Assembly: GCF_006345805.1 (NCBI RefSeq)
Contig: NC_043008.1
Coordinates: forward strand, 47,306,001 to 47,370,000
Origin: Octopus sinensis
Taxonomy: Eukaryota
Reading direction: 5' to 3'
DNA: 64,000 nt
The translations under genes were made by a program, and so were the position numbers. Of the stretch, positions 50,402 through 64,000 are shown piece by piece. Positions within the stretch are counted from its first letter, which is position 1; every line of letters starts with the position of its first letter. The notes beneath the pieces were generated by a model. The model ran no database searches, was not told the DNA's origin, and was given only the letters and a program-made list of their open reading frames with translations.

Positions 50402-53400
50402 ACACGGATATCCAGGGGTAATACAGTGCGATCGTTTCATGCAACTTCATGTAATTGACCAATGAAATCATTACATCCATTTAAAATGTAGAGCAATCTT
50501 CAGCTGCACAAAGACATAGAGTTTAATTAAATTAGAACAGATGGACACATTAGTATAATTTTACCTAAAGTCTCCAAGAAGTTAAGGAGATAGACAAAGA
50601 ACATATTGTACCTACAACAGCATAGTGGTAACTAAAGGTTTCAAGGAGATACTGCCTGCCATTGATTTTTTTTGATTTTTGTATGGGGTCAGTTTTAATT
50701 TATAGATTAGTTTATCAAATCCTTTGTATATTTAAGGCAGAGAGAAACAGAAGGCTGTATTTATTTGGGTTAGAGTTGAGGGAGTAGACAATCATTCTAG
50801 ATGGTATAATCATAAAAATCAAGATTTATTTGAAGCAATGTCATGCGGTTTAGTAAGGGAAAGCTTAAAACAAGATGTTAGCTGAGTATTAAGGGGTTAC
50901 CCGTTAGCAGACTATTGAAAATGAAATAGGGGAAGTGTTATCATGTAGTATTATAGTTAAATACTTTAAAACAATGTTGCTATATTGTATACAGTTGAAG
51001 TTTAGGGATATGCAAAAGATTATATTAAGAAGAATATTCTAACAAAAGGATAGAAATTTATGAATAATTATGAGTATATACCAAACTTTTACCACAATAG
51101 AGGGAGGAAAAGAAGTTATATAGAAATAGTTTAATATTTATACATATTGTATACTTAAATACTAACTCATCAGATGGTATCTGTGAATATTGATTAAATG
51201 ATATTTACTGGTATTAATAAAGGAGTGTTGAGGTAAAAAAACATGCTAATTATATGTTAATAAAACCTTAATCTAAGCAGTTTTCTTATACGTAGGGAAT
51301 ATATCGGTACAGTTTTATATAAGCTAAGTATGAATTTATAGAGATACAAAACTTAGAATAATTATATAAATGAATAAATAAAGGCTAATTATAAAATAAA
51401 ATAATCAAGTAGAGCAGAACACCATAGAAAAGGAATAAAATGGCTTAATTACTAATACTATGGTAAAGTATATGTAGCTTGTTCACAAATTGAGAAGATT
51501 TTTCAGAAAAAAATATAATAATTCAAAATATGTTAGACTAAAAGTTTTATTTACTTATTTAGCTAATATCTATAAAAGACTGCTGTTTAGTATCGGCTAA
51601 AGGAATATTTAAGTTATGGAACAATCATATGTTGCACTAATCTTTTTTTAAAGACAAAGGCTTATATTATAGGTTTAAGAAGTTATTATTGTTTCTCCCT
51701 ACATGATATTTATAGTTTCTTAGTGGTACTTGTTTAGAAGGGTTATTTATATAAAGGCTCTTCTCAATACTAAGATCAGGAGGGTAGAGCCATTTAAGAA
51801 AGAGATAAATCAAGTAATTTCTAAAGATCATTTCAAACAATACTTTCATATTGTATAAAGTTAAAATTTTGGGTAATCAAGAAGATTATTAAGAATGAAA
51901 ATTTTAACAAAAGGATACCACTTCTTTGAATATTTTGGGTACAAACCAAACGTTTACCACAATAGAGGGAGGGAAAAGGAAATTGCAAAGAAATAGTTTA
52001 ATATTTATTTACTTATTACTTATCTAAATATGAACTTATTTTATGGTTTCTATGGAGATTGATCAAATCGATTTAACTGGTATTTAGTAAAGGGGAGGCA
52101 ATTGAGGTTAAAGAACATGTCAACTATATACTGATTTAATTAAAGTTGTGAAGAAACCGGTATTACCTTATATAAGCTGAGCAGAAATTAATAGGGGTAC
52201 AAAGATTAGAATTATTTAAGGCTGCTATAAAATTAACAATAACAACAATAAGATAGGGTAGAATATCATTGAAAAGCAATAAAAATAGTCTAATCACTAA
52301 AAACCCATGATAAAATAATAAAATATTCATACCATATTAACTCTAATAGCAAGTGTTTATAGAAAATGTATAATAATTGATGAGGTAAAAATTGTTAATT
52401 AACTTATTTAGTTCACTATAATCAGGGCTGAAACTCGGTATTGGTTGAAAAGTTAATTTTTGTTAAAAGGACAAGCTAACCATATATTAATATTAAATTA
52501 AGACTATTTTTATTGCTTTTCAATGATATTCTACCCTAACTTATTGTTGTTACTGCTAATTTTATAGCAGCCTTAAATAATTTTAATCTTTGTACCCCTA
52601 TTAATTTCTGCTCAGCTTATATAAGGTAATACCAGTTTCTCCACAACTTTAATTAAATCAGTATATAGTTAACATGTTCTTTAACCTCAGTTATCTCCCC
52701 TTTACTAAATACCAGTTAAATCGATTTGATCAATCTCCATAGAAACCATAAAATAAGTTCATATTTAGATAAGTAATAAGTAAATAAATATTAAACTATT
52801 TCTTTGCAATTTCCTTTTCCTCCCTCTATTGTGGTAAACGTTTGGTTTGTACCCAAAATATTCAAAGAAGTGGTATCCTTTTGTTAAAATTTTCATTCTT
52901 AATAATCTTCTTGATTACCCAAAATTTTAACTTTATACAATATGAAAGTATTGTTTGAAATGATCTTTAGAAATTACTTGATTTATCTCTTTCTTAAATG
53001 GCTCTACCCTCCTGATCTTAGTATTGACAAGGGCCTTTATATAAATAATCCTTCTAAACAAGTACCACTAAGAAACTATAAATATCATGTAGGGTGTAAC
53101 AATGATAACTTCTTAAACCTATAATATAAACCTTTGTCTTTAAAAAAAGATTAGTGCAAAATATGATTGTTCCATAACTTAAATATTCCTTTAGCCGATA
53201 CTAAACCTCAGTCTTTTATAGATATTAGCTAAATAAGTAAATAACATTTTTAGTCTAATATATTTTGAATTATTATATTTTTTCTGAAAAATCTTCTCAA
53301 TTTGTGAAAAAGCTATATATACTTTACCATAGTATTAGTAATTAAGCCATTTTATTCCTTTTCTATGGTGTTCTGCTCTACTTGATTATTTTATTTTATA

Positions 53401-54348
53401 ATTAGCCTTTATTTATTTATTTATATAATTATTCTAAGTTTTGTATCTCTATAAATTCATACTTAGCTTATATAAAACTGTACCGATATATTCCCTACGT
53501 ATAAGAAAACTGCTTAGATTAAGGTTTTATTAACATATAATTAGCATGTTCTTTTACCTCAACACTCCTTTATTAATACCAGCAAATATCATTTAATCAA
53601 TATTCACAGATACCATCTGATGAGTTAGTATTTAAGTATACAATATGTATAAATATTAAACTATTTCTATATAATTTCTTTTCCTCCCTCTATTGCGGTA
53701 AAAGTTTGGTATATACTCATAAGTATTCATAAATTTCTATCCTTTTGTTAGAATATTCTTCTTAATATAATCTTTTGCATATCCCTAAACTTCAACTGTA
53801 TACAATATAGCAACATTGTTTTAAAGTATTTAACTATAATACTACATGATAACACTTCCCCTATTTCATTTTCAATAGTCTGCTAACGGGCAACCCCTTA
53901 ATTCTCAGCTAACATCTTGTTTTAAGCTTTCCCTTACTAAACCTCATTATATTGCTCCAAATAAATCTTGATTCTTATGATTATACCATCTAGAATGTTT
54001 GTCTACTCCCTCAACTCTAGCCCAAATAAATACAGCCTTCTGTTTCTCTCAGCCTTAAATATACAAGGGATTTGATAAAAGCAGAAAACACAATGACAGG
54101 CAGAATCTGCTTGAAAACTTTAGTTACCACTATGCTGTTGTAGGTACAATATATTCTTTGTCTATCTCCTTAACTTCTTGGAGATGTTAGGTATAATTAT
54201 ACCAATGTGTCCATCTGTTCTAATTTAATTAAACTCTATGTCTTTGTGCAGCTGAAGATTGCTCTACATTTTAAATTGATGTAATGATTGCATTGTTCAT
54301 TGAAATGGAGTTGCATGAAATGATCGTACTGAATTACCTCTGGATATC
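50399..54348. repeat. 3.9-kb palindrome: arms ~50407-52291 and 52501-54348, spacer ~209 bp (foldback-like element)
   Basis: Arms are reverse complements throughout (~95% by eye, one ~35-bp indel); ORFs 51667..51849(-) and 52942..53124(+) are near-identical mirrors. Confidence 0.95.
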
Positions 54349-54464
54349 AACCTTACCACTGCAAGTAAAATTCATGAGATACTCCCTGTGTGACAGCTAT
54401 TCAGTTGAACCTGATCAGATTTCATGTTAATTACATTCGGCTAGTTTTCATAAATAGGAATATC

Positions 54465-54716
54465 ATTATTTCTAAATCTCACTAAAGGAGACTGGGGCAG
54501 CTGTGCTGGGTATTAATAGTTATCACCACATGGCAGTCCAGAAAAATAGGTTGTAATGGACACAGGTTTGTGTGTCACATAGCTAGCAAGAGGCGATGGC
54601 CTCTTGGGGCTATACAACGACTGCATTTGTCCTATTTTTCTGGACTGCCATGTTAGCTTGGTGAAAACTATTAATACCCAGTACTGCTGCCGTAGTCTCC
54701 TTTAGAGGGATTTAGA

Positions 54717-54722
<6 letters not shown>
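54465..54722. mobile_element. MITE-like hairpin with ~88-bp TIRs and 80-bp spacer
   Basis: ATTATTTCTAAATC..TAAAGGAGACT..CTGGGTATTAATAGT..CATGGCAGTCCAGAAAAATAGG mirrored at 54631-54722. Confidence 0.85.
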
Positions 54723-54777
<55 letters not shown>

Positions 54778-54845
54778 TAATAATAATAATGATAATAATA
54801 ATAACAATAACAATAATAATAACAATAATAATAATAATAATAATT
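54720..54845. repeat. (AAT)n microsatellite
   Basis: Direct reading. Confidence 0.95.
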
Positions 54846-56299
54846 TCTATTCCACTTTTGTACTTATGTCGGTTATCTTTTAATTCGCGTTTTATGCTTA
54901 TGTACCAGTTTATCTTTGTTTGATAGTTTTAGTTCAATATTGGATACTTTATACCGTTCTCTAATGAGATGGCTCGCACCCTTCTATCTCTCTGTATTTC
55001 TGTATCCCTCTCTATCTCTGTCTCTTTTGATAAAACATATTATATTCAGTTTCCACATTTTATTCGTAAATTCTAATTTTAATTTCATTTTGTCATTTCC
55101 CTTGTTTTCTCTCCACCGTTTCTCTAACTGCCAAACCTTCCAACTCAGACCATGTTCAGTTGTTCACATAACAGCTCGGGTTTTGCATTGATTAACATTC
55201 CTCTATTCTTTATATTTATCCTGTTTTAATTTAACGTTTCTATAAAATCCGTTCCTAATCCCATGTTTGTGTCTGTTATAATCAGTCGACTTCATTAATG
55301 TTGTGGTTCTAATTCCATTACATCTCCATCTTTATCTACCTCAATATTAATGGCCTTAATTGACATTTCTCTTACTTCAAAAGTTACCAAGACTCATTTT
55401 TCTAAAGCGAATATCTTGTTAAACTTCTGAACTGAAACTGTTCACTCTGCGTAACAGAGCTTCAAACATATTAGACCTGGCAACGTATAAGTGTATACCC
55501 TGGTTGATTCACACCCATCAATTTTGAATCGATTTTCAGTTTGTGAATAAAGTTTATTTCTAGAAGAAGAAAAAAACATGATTAAAATGACTGGGAATAT
55601 TTTTCGTTCTTCCTCTTCTAATATGGGTGTATTTCTTTTTTTTCTTTATCTGATTATCTCGTGTTTGAATCAGCAATATTGTATTGCATCATTTCCAGAA
55701 TGCATAAGTGATGGAGTGAGGCATAAAAAAAGATTTCATTTAATCATTTTTTCCTCTAAATTTTATAACCCAGTATATTTTCTATTGTTTTCTTCTTTCT
55801 ATCATCACCTTTGTCGTACTTGCTTACACACAGCAACACACCTTTCCAAGTATTATTTCACTGAGTAAAGATGGTGGCCTCTTATTGATATTATTGACAA
55901 TGTAAATGTCACAATGTTTTCTATTATAAAGATATTCTTACTCTTGTTATATTGGTTGCTGTTGTTGTTGTTATCTGCATTTCTCTTAGATATATAACAA
56001 CATTATGCTTTAAATTTTTTAAAATTATTTGACACATCTTGGAAAACATGCAAAAATATGTTCAATATTACATGTATCTTACACAAATATCCCAAAAATA
56101 TTTTCACATTCTGAAATTGAAATCGCTTCCCTCTATTCGAATATGTAACCGCTCAATGTCTTTACAAAGTCGTTCGAATCTCAATCCACATCTACCACTT
56201 ACCGATAGACATCTTCCACAACTATCATAGTATATTTATTGTAATTAGTTAAAGTTCACGGAAATTTTTATCATCCCTTATTTCAAGTTCTATCAACCT

Positions 56300-56425
56300 A
56301 CTGCCCCCTACTGTTTTCAGTCATTAAATTAGGGACGACACACTGGGGAACCGCATTGAAGAATTTCATTCGAACAAACCAACGCCGGTTGTCAACGGGT
56401 AGTGGGGACAAATACATACACAATG
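56300..56425 (-). mobile_element. SINE family C tail fragment
   Basis: GTTTTCAGTCATT...AACAAACCAACGCCGGTTGTCAA...GGGGACAAATAC. Confidence 0.55.
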
Positions 56426-59400
56426 ACACACACCTACACGCGCAAACACACATATATACGTGTGTGTATGTGTGTATGTGTGTGTGTGTAGAATGATAGA
56501 TAAATAGGCAGATAGATGCCCTTTGCCTCCACTCCATATGCTGCACTTACTTTTCTTCCCTCACACTCCAGATGTTTCATCCCCACCTCCTTACACCTTC
56601 ACTCTTTATCTGACCTCCCTTTCCTTTTGCATAACACTATTGCCCAAGGTTCCCATGGTCTTTTCTGTAGGCTTTACTGTCCACGGAAAAACCTAATCTG
56701 TTCTCCCCTTTTACATTGACATTACTGTGATACACGTTCCCTATTGATCGGCCACAAATTTTTTCCACGATCCCTTTTGATCGGAATTCGTCCCCCTTTT
56801 TTATTTATTTTTTCCTCCCTTTCTCTTCTTCCAAAAAAAGAAAAGCTCTACTTTGTATTCCGTGTTTAGCCCTGCGTGGCCAATAAAGAAATCTATCTGT
56901 CCTCCCTCTATTTCTCCCCATTCAATCCTTCAACGATTTATTTCTCTGCAACCCAGACAGAAACACCACTTCTCCCATACTCCTTCTTTCGGTTTCTCTT
57001 CTTCTCTCCTCCCTTCCCTCTCTTCCCTTATTCTCTCTCCGTTACTCTTTTCTTCTCTCGATATCGTACCACAATGTCCGGAACACTAGAATCTTCCCGT
57101 CTCCCTAAACCAATTAAACAGATCAAACGTTCCTATGAAAATACTGTTACCAATGATACACCTATCACAACATTTTTGGTTTTCAATCGGTTTTCCTCAT
57201 TTTACCCAATAAACTTGCCTATTATCATAAAATAGATTATAATGTATGAATCGTTTTTTTTTTTTTAGTTTTTTACTTGCAATTATTGATATGATTTTGA
57301 GCCTGAAAGGAAATTACATTCCGTATTGTTTGTATTATAATTTGAAATATTGCACTCATGTCACTCACATAATGTTTAATGAAATGGATATAGTGTTGAA
57401 TTAAAGTCGTGTTAAAATAGATAAAACGGAGTATTACCCAGAGACCTATAAAATAATAACTATAAATTATCGGTGTTAAACGGATTAATTATAAATATTT
57501 GGTGTATTGGAACTGAAATAATTCAATATGTCTTCTTAATAAATGAGACGTCATGGGATATATATTTCTGCCTCATAAAAATATCGCCCATTTATTTACA
57601 ATATTCATTCACCAAAGAAGTTCGGGAACTGCAACATAATACTACGTGCTTGAAATATTATGGTGAGCATAGTTTCAGGATGACACGCTCTTCAGGATAC
57701 GAGAAGTGACTCTAGTTAGTTTAGAGGCCATGATAACAATATCTGCTGCTTCTGATTGGTCCCCATGGAGTCAATACCACAAGTCATATATGCTGAAGTA
57801 AATTCATTTAACTTTACTAATGACCCATATTAGATGGCGTTATAACAATATAAACATTATTATTAGGGTCATTAGACTATGGAGTTGTGTCAAACATACG
57901 GCACTGGAGAACTATTTGTCAGTATTTATTTCTTCCATAATGATTTTGCGTTAAAATTCGACCATTAATTACGTTGCCTTTCAATTTAGTCAATAAAATA
58001 TTAATGACAAACCTATCTGAATTGTTTTGAGTATAAGATTTTGCGACAAATGTGTGATGTTGTGTCAATATAATGACCGTCACTGATGATATATTACTTG
58101 TGTAGAATAAAAAAGAAACGATACATTAACGAGCCATCTTGGCATTTTGTGGTGAATCTGTCAAATACTTTCACATGGAAATTAATGACTTCTATATTAT
58201 CTAACGTATTTTGAAACGCCAAAGCAAATCTGTTTCGCTTTCATTCTTATATTTTACTTATTCACACGCAGCTATTATCAATTATAGATTATAGAGCTAT
58301 ATGCTATTTGGCTTAATGAATTTTCTCTACTAGTGACGTAAGGACATTTCTCACTCATAGTATTTATATGAACGCTGCATAAATTAAAATAAACGAAAGC
58401 AAAGCGAGCAAAAATTAAAACCGGAATCTCGGAGAGATATCATTGGCTAGCAGATACACTTCATACATTTTGCGTTTAATCCATTAAATATATTAGCACC
58501 AACAAACCAATATATTCTTCATTGGAGGGGGTCATACGAAATATACCTTTATAATTATTTTGAATTGTAGACTCAGTAAATATTTTCCCACTGAAAATCC
58601 AATCTTTTCAAATATCAAAATGTTTAGAATATATTTTGCAAAGAAGAAATACTAAGAGCGAAACATCTCCAAAGTCACGCCCCCTGTTTACCGTACATCG
58701 AACCCACAACCCAGTGCCTAATTCGCTTTTTACTTTGGGGTTCTCAGCCTTACTTTTCTTTAAGATAATTATGATCATCCCTAATGAATGCTATCTTAAT
58801 TACAGGTGTTTAATTTTCACTGATTACATGAATGCACTGGGTTCTGTACTTCTTTATATTTGTCCTTCATTCAACTGTTATGAACCGACCCGCATTCGTT
58901 ATTCTCCTAAAACTTCCATGGACTTCGGGAATATCAAGTTATTTCTAGTTCAAAGCTATTGAAAATATGAAGCTTAATGTTTACTAAACAAATGAATAAT
59001 TTCTCATTGTTTTGCGGCTTCACTTATCTGAAATTAGTCAACTGACTGCACTTATCCTCCCTCTATATTTTGGTGTAGATGGGTAAGACACCAACACCAA
59101 AATCATTCTTTTCTTCTCCACTGTTAGGAACAGTAAGGACAAACTGGAATTCTAAGGTAATCATTTTGGTCTGAAGCTCTGTATTCAATTTAGCACTGCA
59201 TCTCTGTAAAACTCTTGTCAGTTTATAGATTGTTCTGAATACATAGAGTAATAAACTGTATCTTGCTTTGTGTTTATTGAAAACGATGCTTTTACAAGAA
59301 AGCGAGGCTAGATGTAAAATAAGGAATATATATCATATCTGTTGTATTTTATTGCTAATCCGGTGATATCCCCCACCCATTTTTTGTAAGTACATTTAGG

Positions 59401-59991
59401 CATTTCAAAGCAATAAATATAATATAAAGATCGGAGGAGAAGCGATATATTCACAGCTAATGCTTGTGTTCTCATTATACAACCTAACACATCAATAAAA
59501 TCATAATGCAACATTTCTTTTCTAAATAAACATAGGATATATATTATGCGGTATCCTTAGTAAGGAAAACTATCCTGCGCTGACTTATCGCATGAAATAA
59601 TACAGTGATAGAAATTCTGTGTTCTTGGATATTCTGTTTGCCTTCGAATACTTACTCATAATAATCTGTGTCTCAGTATATAACAAACATATCTTCAAGA
59701 ATAACGGCTCAATTTACTAATATCCTGGCATCGACTGTTTACCATTTTCCCTCGCTTTATACATTTATGTATTTTCTTAATATATTTAGTTCAATAGTCT
59801 GCTGTTATTTATATCCATTTATTCTTTTATCCTTTTTCACTATTTACGATCATTGGACAGCGACCAGGTTAAGTAACTTTCTCCAAATTGTTTAGTGGAA
59901 AATATCAACTCCATAATTCTTTAACACTTTTACTTATGTATTTTTAACTACGTATCAAATAAATTGGTACTTCACACTTCTTAACACGTGT

Positions 59992-60049
<58 letters not shown>

Positions 60050-61177
60050 GCCCTCATATACATATATGAAGTTTGTGCATGCATATCTATATATATATAT
60101 ATTTATGTAATTATTGTAAGTGGGATTTTGTGAGAAGATAAATTCCTCTTTAAAGGGATGTCGACATCCAAACGTCCCCCAGTTTTATCGTATATATCAA
60201 TGAACTTTCTGGACTCCTGCTGTTTCGCAGTAGTCTTAGCGCTTATTATTTATTAGGCACCAGTATTATACACATTTTGAAGTTCCAATATTCCGTGTAC
60301 ATGTTTACTTCTCAGCGATATATGTAGGTATAGTTATATTCATATATCATAACGAAAATGGATAGTTTGAACGGAACAAAAACAATTTATTTACATTTTC
60401 TCTATTGTATAAGTTTACGACCGTTTCTATTTCAATCTTGATTCAAATTACAATTTAAATTGCATCATGAAATGTCGAAGGTAGATATTTCCTCAGGGCG
60501 AAATTTGACTCATTTGTTTTACATCCTAATAAACTGAGCGTCCAACAGACTAAATTAGCAGCACGCGTTTATTTACGTATGTGTGTGCGTGTTAGCATGT
60601 TTAAAACAAAGAAACGTTATAGGTGTATATATACTTATTTTTTGTTTATTTGTTTATCAGTAAATAAATATATTATTTCATTTTAATTTATGTTATCAAT
60701 TGTGAAAACTTGAAGTGATAGCATTGTTTTTATCAATTTATTAATTATTTTGTGGGTGTGCTAGTCATAATTGCTGGTGTCTAGGGTTAATCTTTATATT
60801 TAATTAAATTACTGTAATTAGATCTATGTAACCGGAGTATTGTTTTCTATGTATCATGTGACTGGGCTAGGTTTTACCTTTGTTTTTTTTTTGTACATGG
60901 TGAGTGTATGTTACCTCTCAAAGATTTGAGTTATATTATTATTATTATTAGACTTACAGCTTAGATTTATATTCTAGAATTTGTATTTTCATATTTTCTA
61001 TTAGACCTATTCTTATTTAATTTTTCTACTTTAATTGTATTTCTTAAATATGTATTTCATAATTGTAAATTGAATGAAGATTGTTAGAGAAACGAACGTT
61101 GGCTTAATTAATTGACAACATGCAAACAAATTGATTATGCTCTGTTCAAACACTCCATTTTGTAATGCTATATTACT

Positions 61178-61275
<98 letters not shown>

Positions 61276-61380
61276 ATATAGTTAATCCAAACAAGAAAAC
61301 AAAAACAAAAAAATAACAACGCAAGGACGTAGAACAAATAAAGTATTATTGGACGCTCAGGAAAGAAGGGAAGAAGGAGG

Positions 61381-61415
61381 GTTTGACGTTTCGAGCGGAG
61401 CTCTTCGTCGGAAAC
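61381..61415 (-). ncRNA. minimal type I hammerhead ribozyme in a (TA)n-associated repeat (~61280-61490)
   Basis: Minus strand GTTT-CCGACGA-A-GAGC TCC GCTC-GAAA-C-GTC-AAAC; U4C is the only core change. Confidence 0.6.
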
Positions 61416-61489
61416 ATAGGAGAAAGAAAGATCCCGAGAAAGGAAGGCAGGGGAAAAAAATCCCTAGTGATACAGACGAGGTCACATAC

Positions 61490-61830
61490 TGTGCAGTGAT
61501 ATATATATATATGGAAAATACTGGAAGGACTGGTACCAAACTTCGGAATAAAGAGCTATACCAGACCACGAACAGGACGCCACTGTGCTGTCCCCATTGT
61601 GCCGATTGCTTCATCTCGGGCAAGGACGATGTACTGCAATAGCTTGGGTTTCAAGGGCCCACAGCTGTTTAACTGTCTGCCAAAGCATCTGAGGAGCTGC
61701 CATGGAGTGGATGTAGACGTTTTCAAACGTGAACTTGACCCCTGACTCGTGGAGATCCCGGATGAGCCAATATCAAAGCAAGAAACCCAAAAGAGGGCAG
61801 TAACATCGAACTACATCCTTCACTAAAAGC
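61490..61830 (+). pseudogene. CR1/L2-group LINE ORF2 3' fragment
   Basis: IWKILEGLVPNFG...GRHC.VP...CNSLGFKGPQLFNCLPKHLR...VDVFKRELD..L.EIPDEP. Confidence 0.75.
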
Positions 61831-61861
61831 CGCTCCCACACACGTGGAAAGTGGAAAGATG

Positions 61862-62203
<342 letters not shown>

Positions 62204-63253
62204 GTGTGTGTGTGTGTGTGTGAGTGTGTGTGTGAGTGTGTGTGTGTGTACATACATACATACATCATACACACACACACACACTATCGAAATATAATTT
62301 CAAAATAATTTATCACCTGTTTGCTTTGATTATATTTTTTTCCATGAAGTTTGTAAAAAATTTCATGATGCATATATTTATATCTCACAATTTTTTTTTC
62401 TCGTGTCTAAATAAACTGATGAGAATGGAATACATATTTATATTTATAAAAGAATATTGACATTTTTCAGTGAGGATAGCATTTGTGATGAAGTATTATT
62501 TATCTGGCTTACTCGGTTTAATCGATTTTTAAGTTGAAGTGTAAAGTATTCGAACGTTTTGACAGGCGCCAAGAACACAGTTGACACTCCGCCCCCGCCC
62601 TAAACCTCTGCTCTTTTTTATTCCACTTGCCAACCTAGAAGGAAACGATATTCTATGTTGTATGACTACTTCTACTACTACTGCTGCTGCTGCTATTTCT
62701 AACACTACTAATACTGCTGCTAATACTATAGCTAGTAGTAGTAGTAGCAGTTGTATGAATGTCAGACACGTGATTTCCTCGCTTACTTCACTTTTTCTTG
62801 GGCATCATCTGTGCAGTTAACTGCAGTACTGCAGCTTCTTTTGTTATGGAGGAGATTTTGTGATTAAAATGTGTCAAGTCTTTCTTTGAAATAACACATC
62901 CACCCTCATTATACTTATATGTGTGTATGTGTTTATATCTGTCTATCTGCATGTATATACGTATGTATGTATGCATGTGTGCCTGTATGTTTGCGTGTAT
63001 GCATGTATTTATTATGTATGAATGTATTTTCATGAGTGTTATAGTTTTCATGTCACAGCTGTACTTGAGCCGTGGAAAACTTTAGAGATTCAATAAAGGC
63101 GAGAAAAGAAAACTCCCAAGAGATGAATTCATCGCTAAATTAAAAATTTTGTTAAGAATTCAATAAAAATGTTGTAAAGAAAATTATATTTAAGACAGTT
63201 TACATCGCGAAATAAATTACTAATCTACGGATATGTAATAATATCTTGAAATA

Positions 63254-63490
63254 TTAGGTTGTCAAGGAAGTTCTTGCGGTTTTTAACCTTTAAATTCAGA
63301 TGCACATATCTCGGCTCAAACAAAACTTTATTAATCGAAATAAACACCATCAGAATCAACACACTTTGCCAACGCAAAACAAGTTTATGTTGTGCGACGT
63401 GTGGCCGAGCGTTGTTGTGAAGAAGAATTGGTCCTTTTCTATTGACCAATGCTGGCTGTTGTTGTCGAAGTTTCTTATGCATTTAATTCG
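63254..63490 (-). mobile_element. internally deleted mariner 3' remnant (Hsmar1/cecropia-like)
   Basis: LVNRKGPILLHNNARPHVAQ fused to KLVLRWQ(KCVDSDGVYFD*); TIR TTAGGTTGTCAAGGAAGTTCTTGCGGTTTT next to TA. Confidence 0.85.
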
Positions 63491-64000
63491 GTGAATTAAA
63501 AAGTCAATGCACAGGGTATTGACATAAATTCATTTCATTTGGCAAATAAATGAGATTATAATAACACATTTTTACAATATTTCTCGGCTGCGGAAGCATG
63601 AAGGGCAAAGTCGATCACACCAAGACCTAAACTCTAAACTCCGCAAAAATATCGCAAATATCTCTAGAACCGTTCTGCCATTTGGGTGCCGCACATGCAT
63701 TCTTTTCGTACAAGCAAAATATTTCCATAGAAATTATTTTAACATATAGTTTCTTTGACATACAAAAAAGTTGAAGACTTATTGATACAATATTATTAAT
63801 TTGGAAGGAAAGAATTTGAATCAATACGCGATTACTTCCAACTATCTGGTTTATGGATGTTATATTATGTCTTGTCTCAATCACAGGTTATATTTTTATT
63901 TTTCTTCTGTTCCATGAAAACAATTCGTTCTGATTCCTGGGAACGAATAAAAAAATTATTGGAAGAAAAGTGTGGAAATGTGAATCAGATATGTTTAGTG

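Noticed and set aside
50401-51060. 220 codons without TGA, readable if TAA/TAG encode Gln (ciliate-like code)
   Set aside because: 16 TAA/TAG codons, no recognisable protein, the ~35-bp arm indel breaks the frame, and chance is plausible across six frames; kept only as a test.
51667-53124. Two near-identical 60-aa ORFs (MKVLFEMIFRNY...)
   Set aside because: They mirror each other only because of the palindrome; no recognisable domain.
50407-54348. Palindrome as a mitochondrial insertion (NUMT)
   Set aside because: The base skew is compatible, but I found no conserved 12S/16S motifs or respiratory-protein motifs.
57679-57797. Possible exon (TTTCAG...GTAAAT) encoding DDTLFRIREV...SDWSPWSQ with a WSxWS-like motif
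   Set aside because: Weak polypyrimidine tract, no supporting neighbouring exons and no convincing domain; needs RNA-seq.
59128-59156. Possible 29-nt micro-exon with a good acceptor and GTAATC donor
   Set aside because: Too short to distinguish from chance splice-like signals.

Overview
AT-rich, microsatellite-dense animal genomic DNA. The tRNA-derived SINE families and microsatellite load look like an octopus (Octopus sp.) genome; this is recognition, not a database result. I found no host gene I can confidently identify: nearly all supplied ORFs are microsatellite or transposon translations. Recognisable elements: two 5'-truncated Dong/R4-type RLE LINEs sitting in (TAA)n, an RTE LINE with a 5' inversion and 12-bp TSD, RTE and CR1/L2-type fragments, a Penelope-like RT plus GIY-YIG remnant, mariner/maT remnants, MITEs and three or four SINE families. 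Two themes stand out. First, many fold-back structures at different scales: a 3.9-kb palindrome of unexplained modular sequence, a 492-bp tandem unit that switches strand, two mariner derivatives built from two like ends, and (TA)n-centred inverted duplications. Second, minimal type I hammerhead ribozyme motifs occur in four different repeat families, including one with a U3-A8 compensatory core and one in the tail of a tRNA-headed SINE-like element. Single-base indels in homopolymers suggest an imperfectly polished long-read assembly, so some palindromes need read-level validation. All identities are by-eye estimates.
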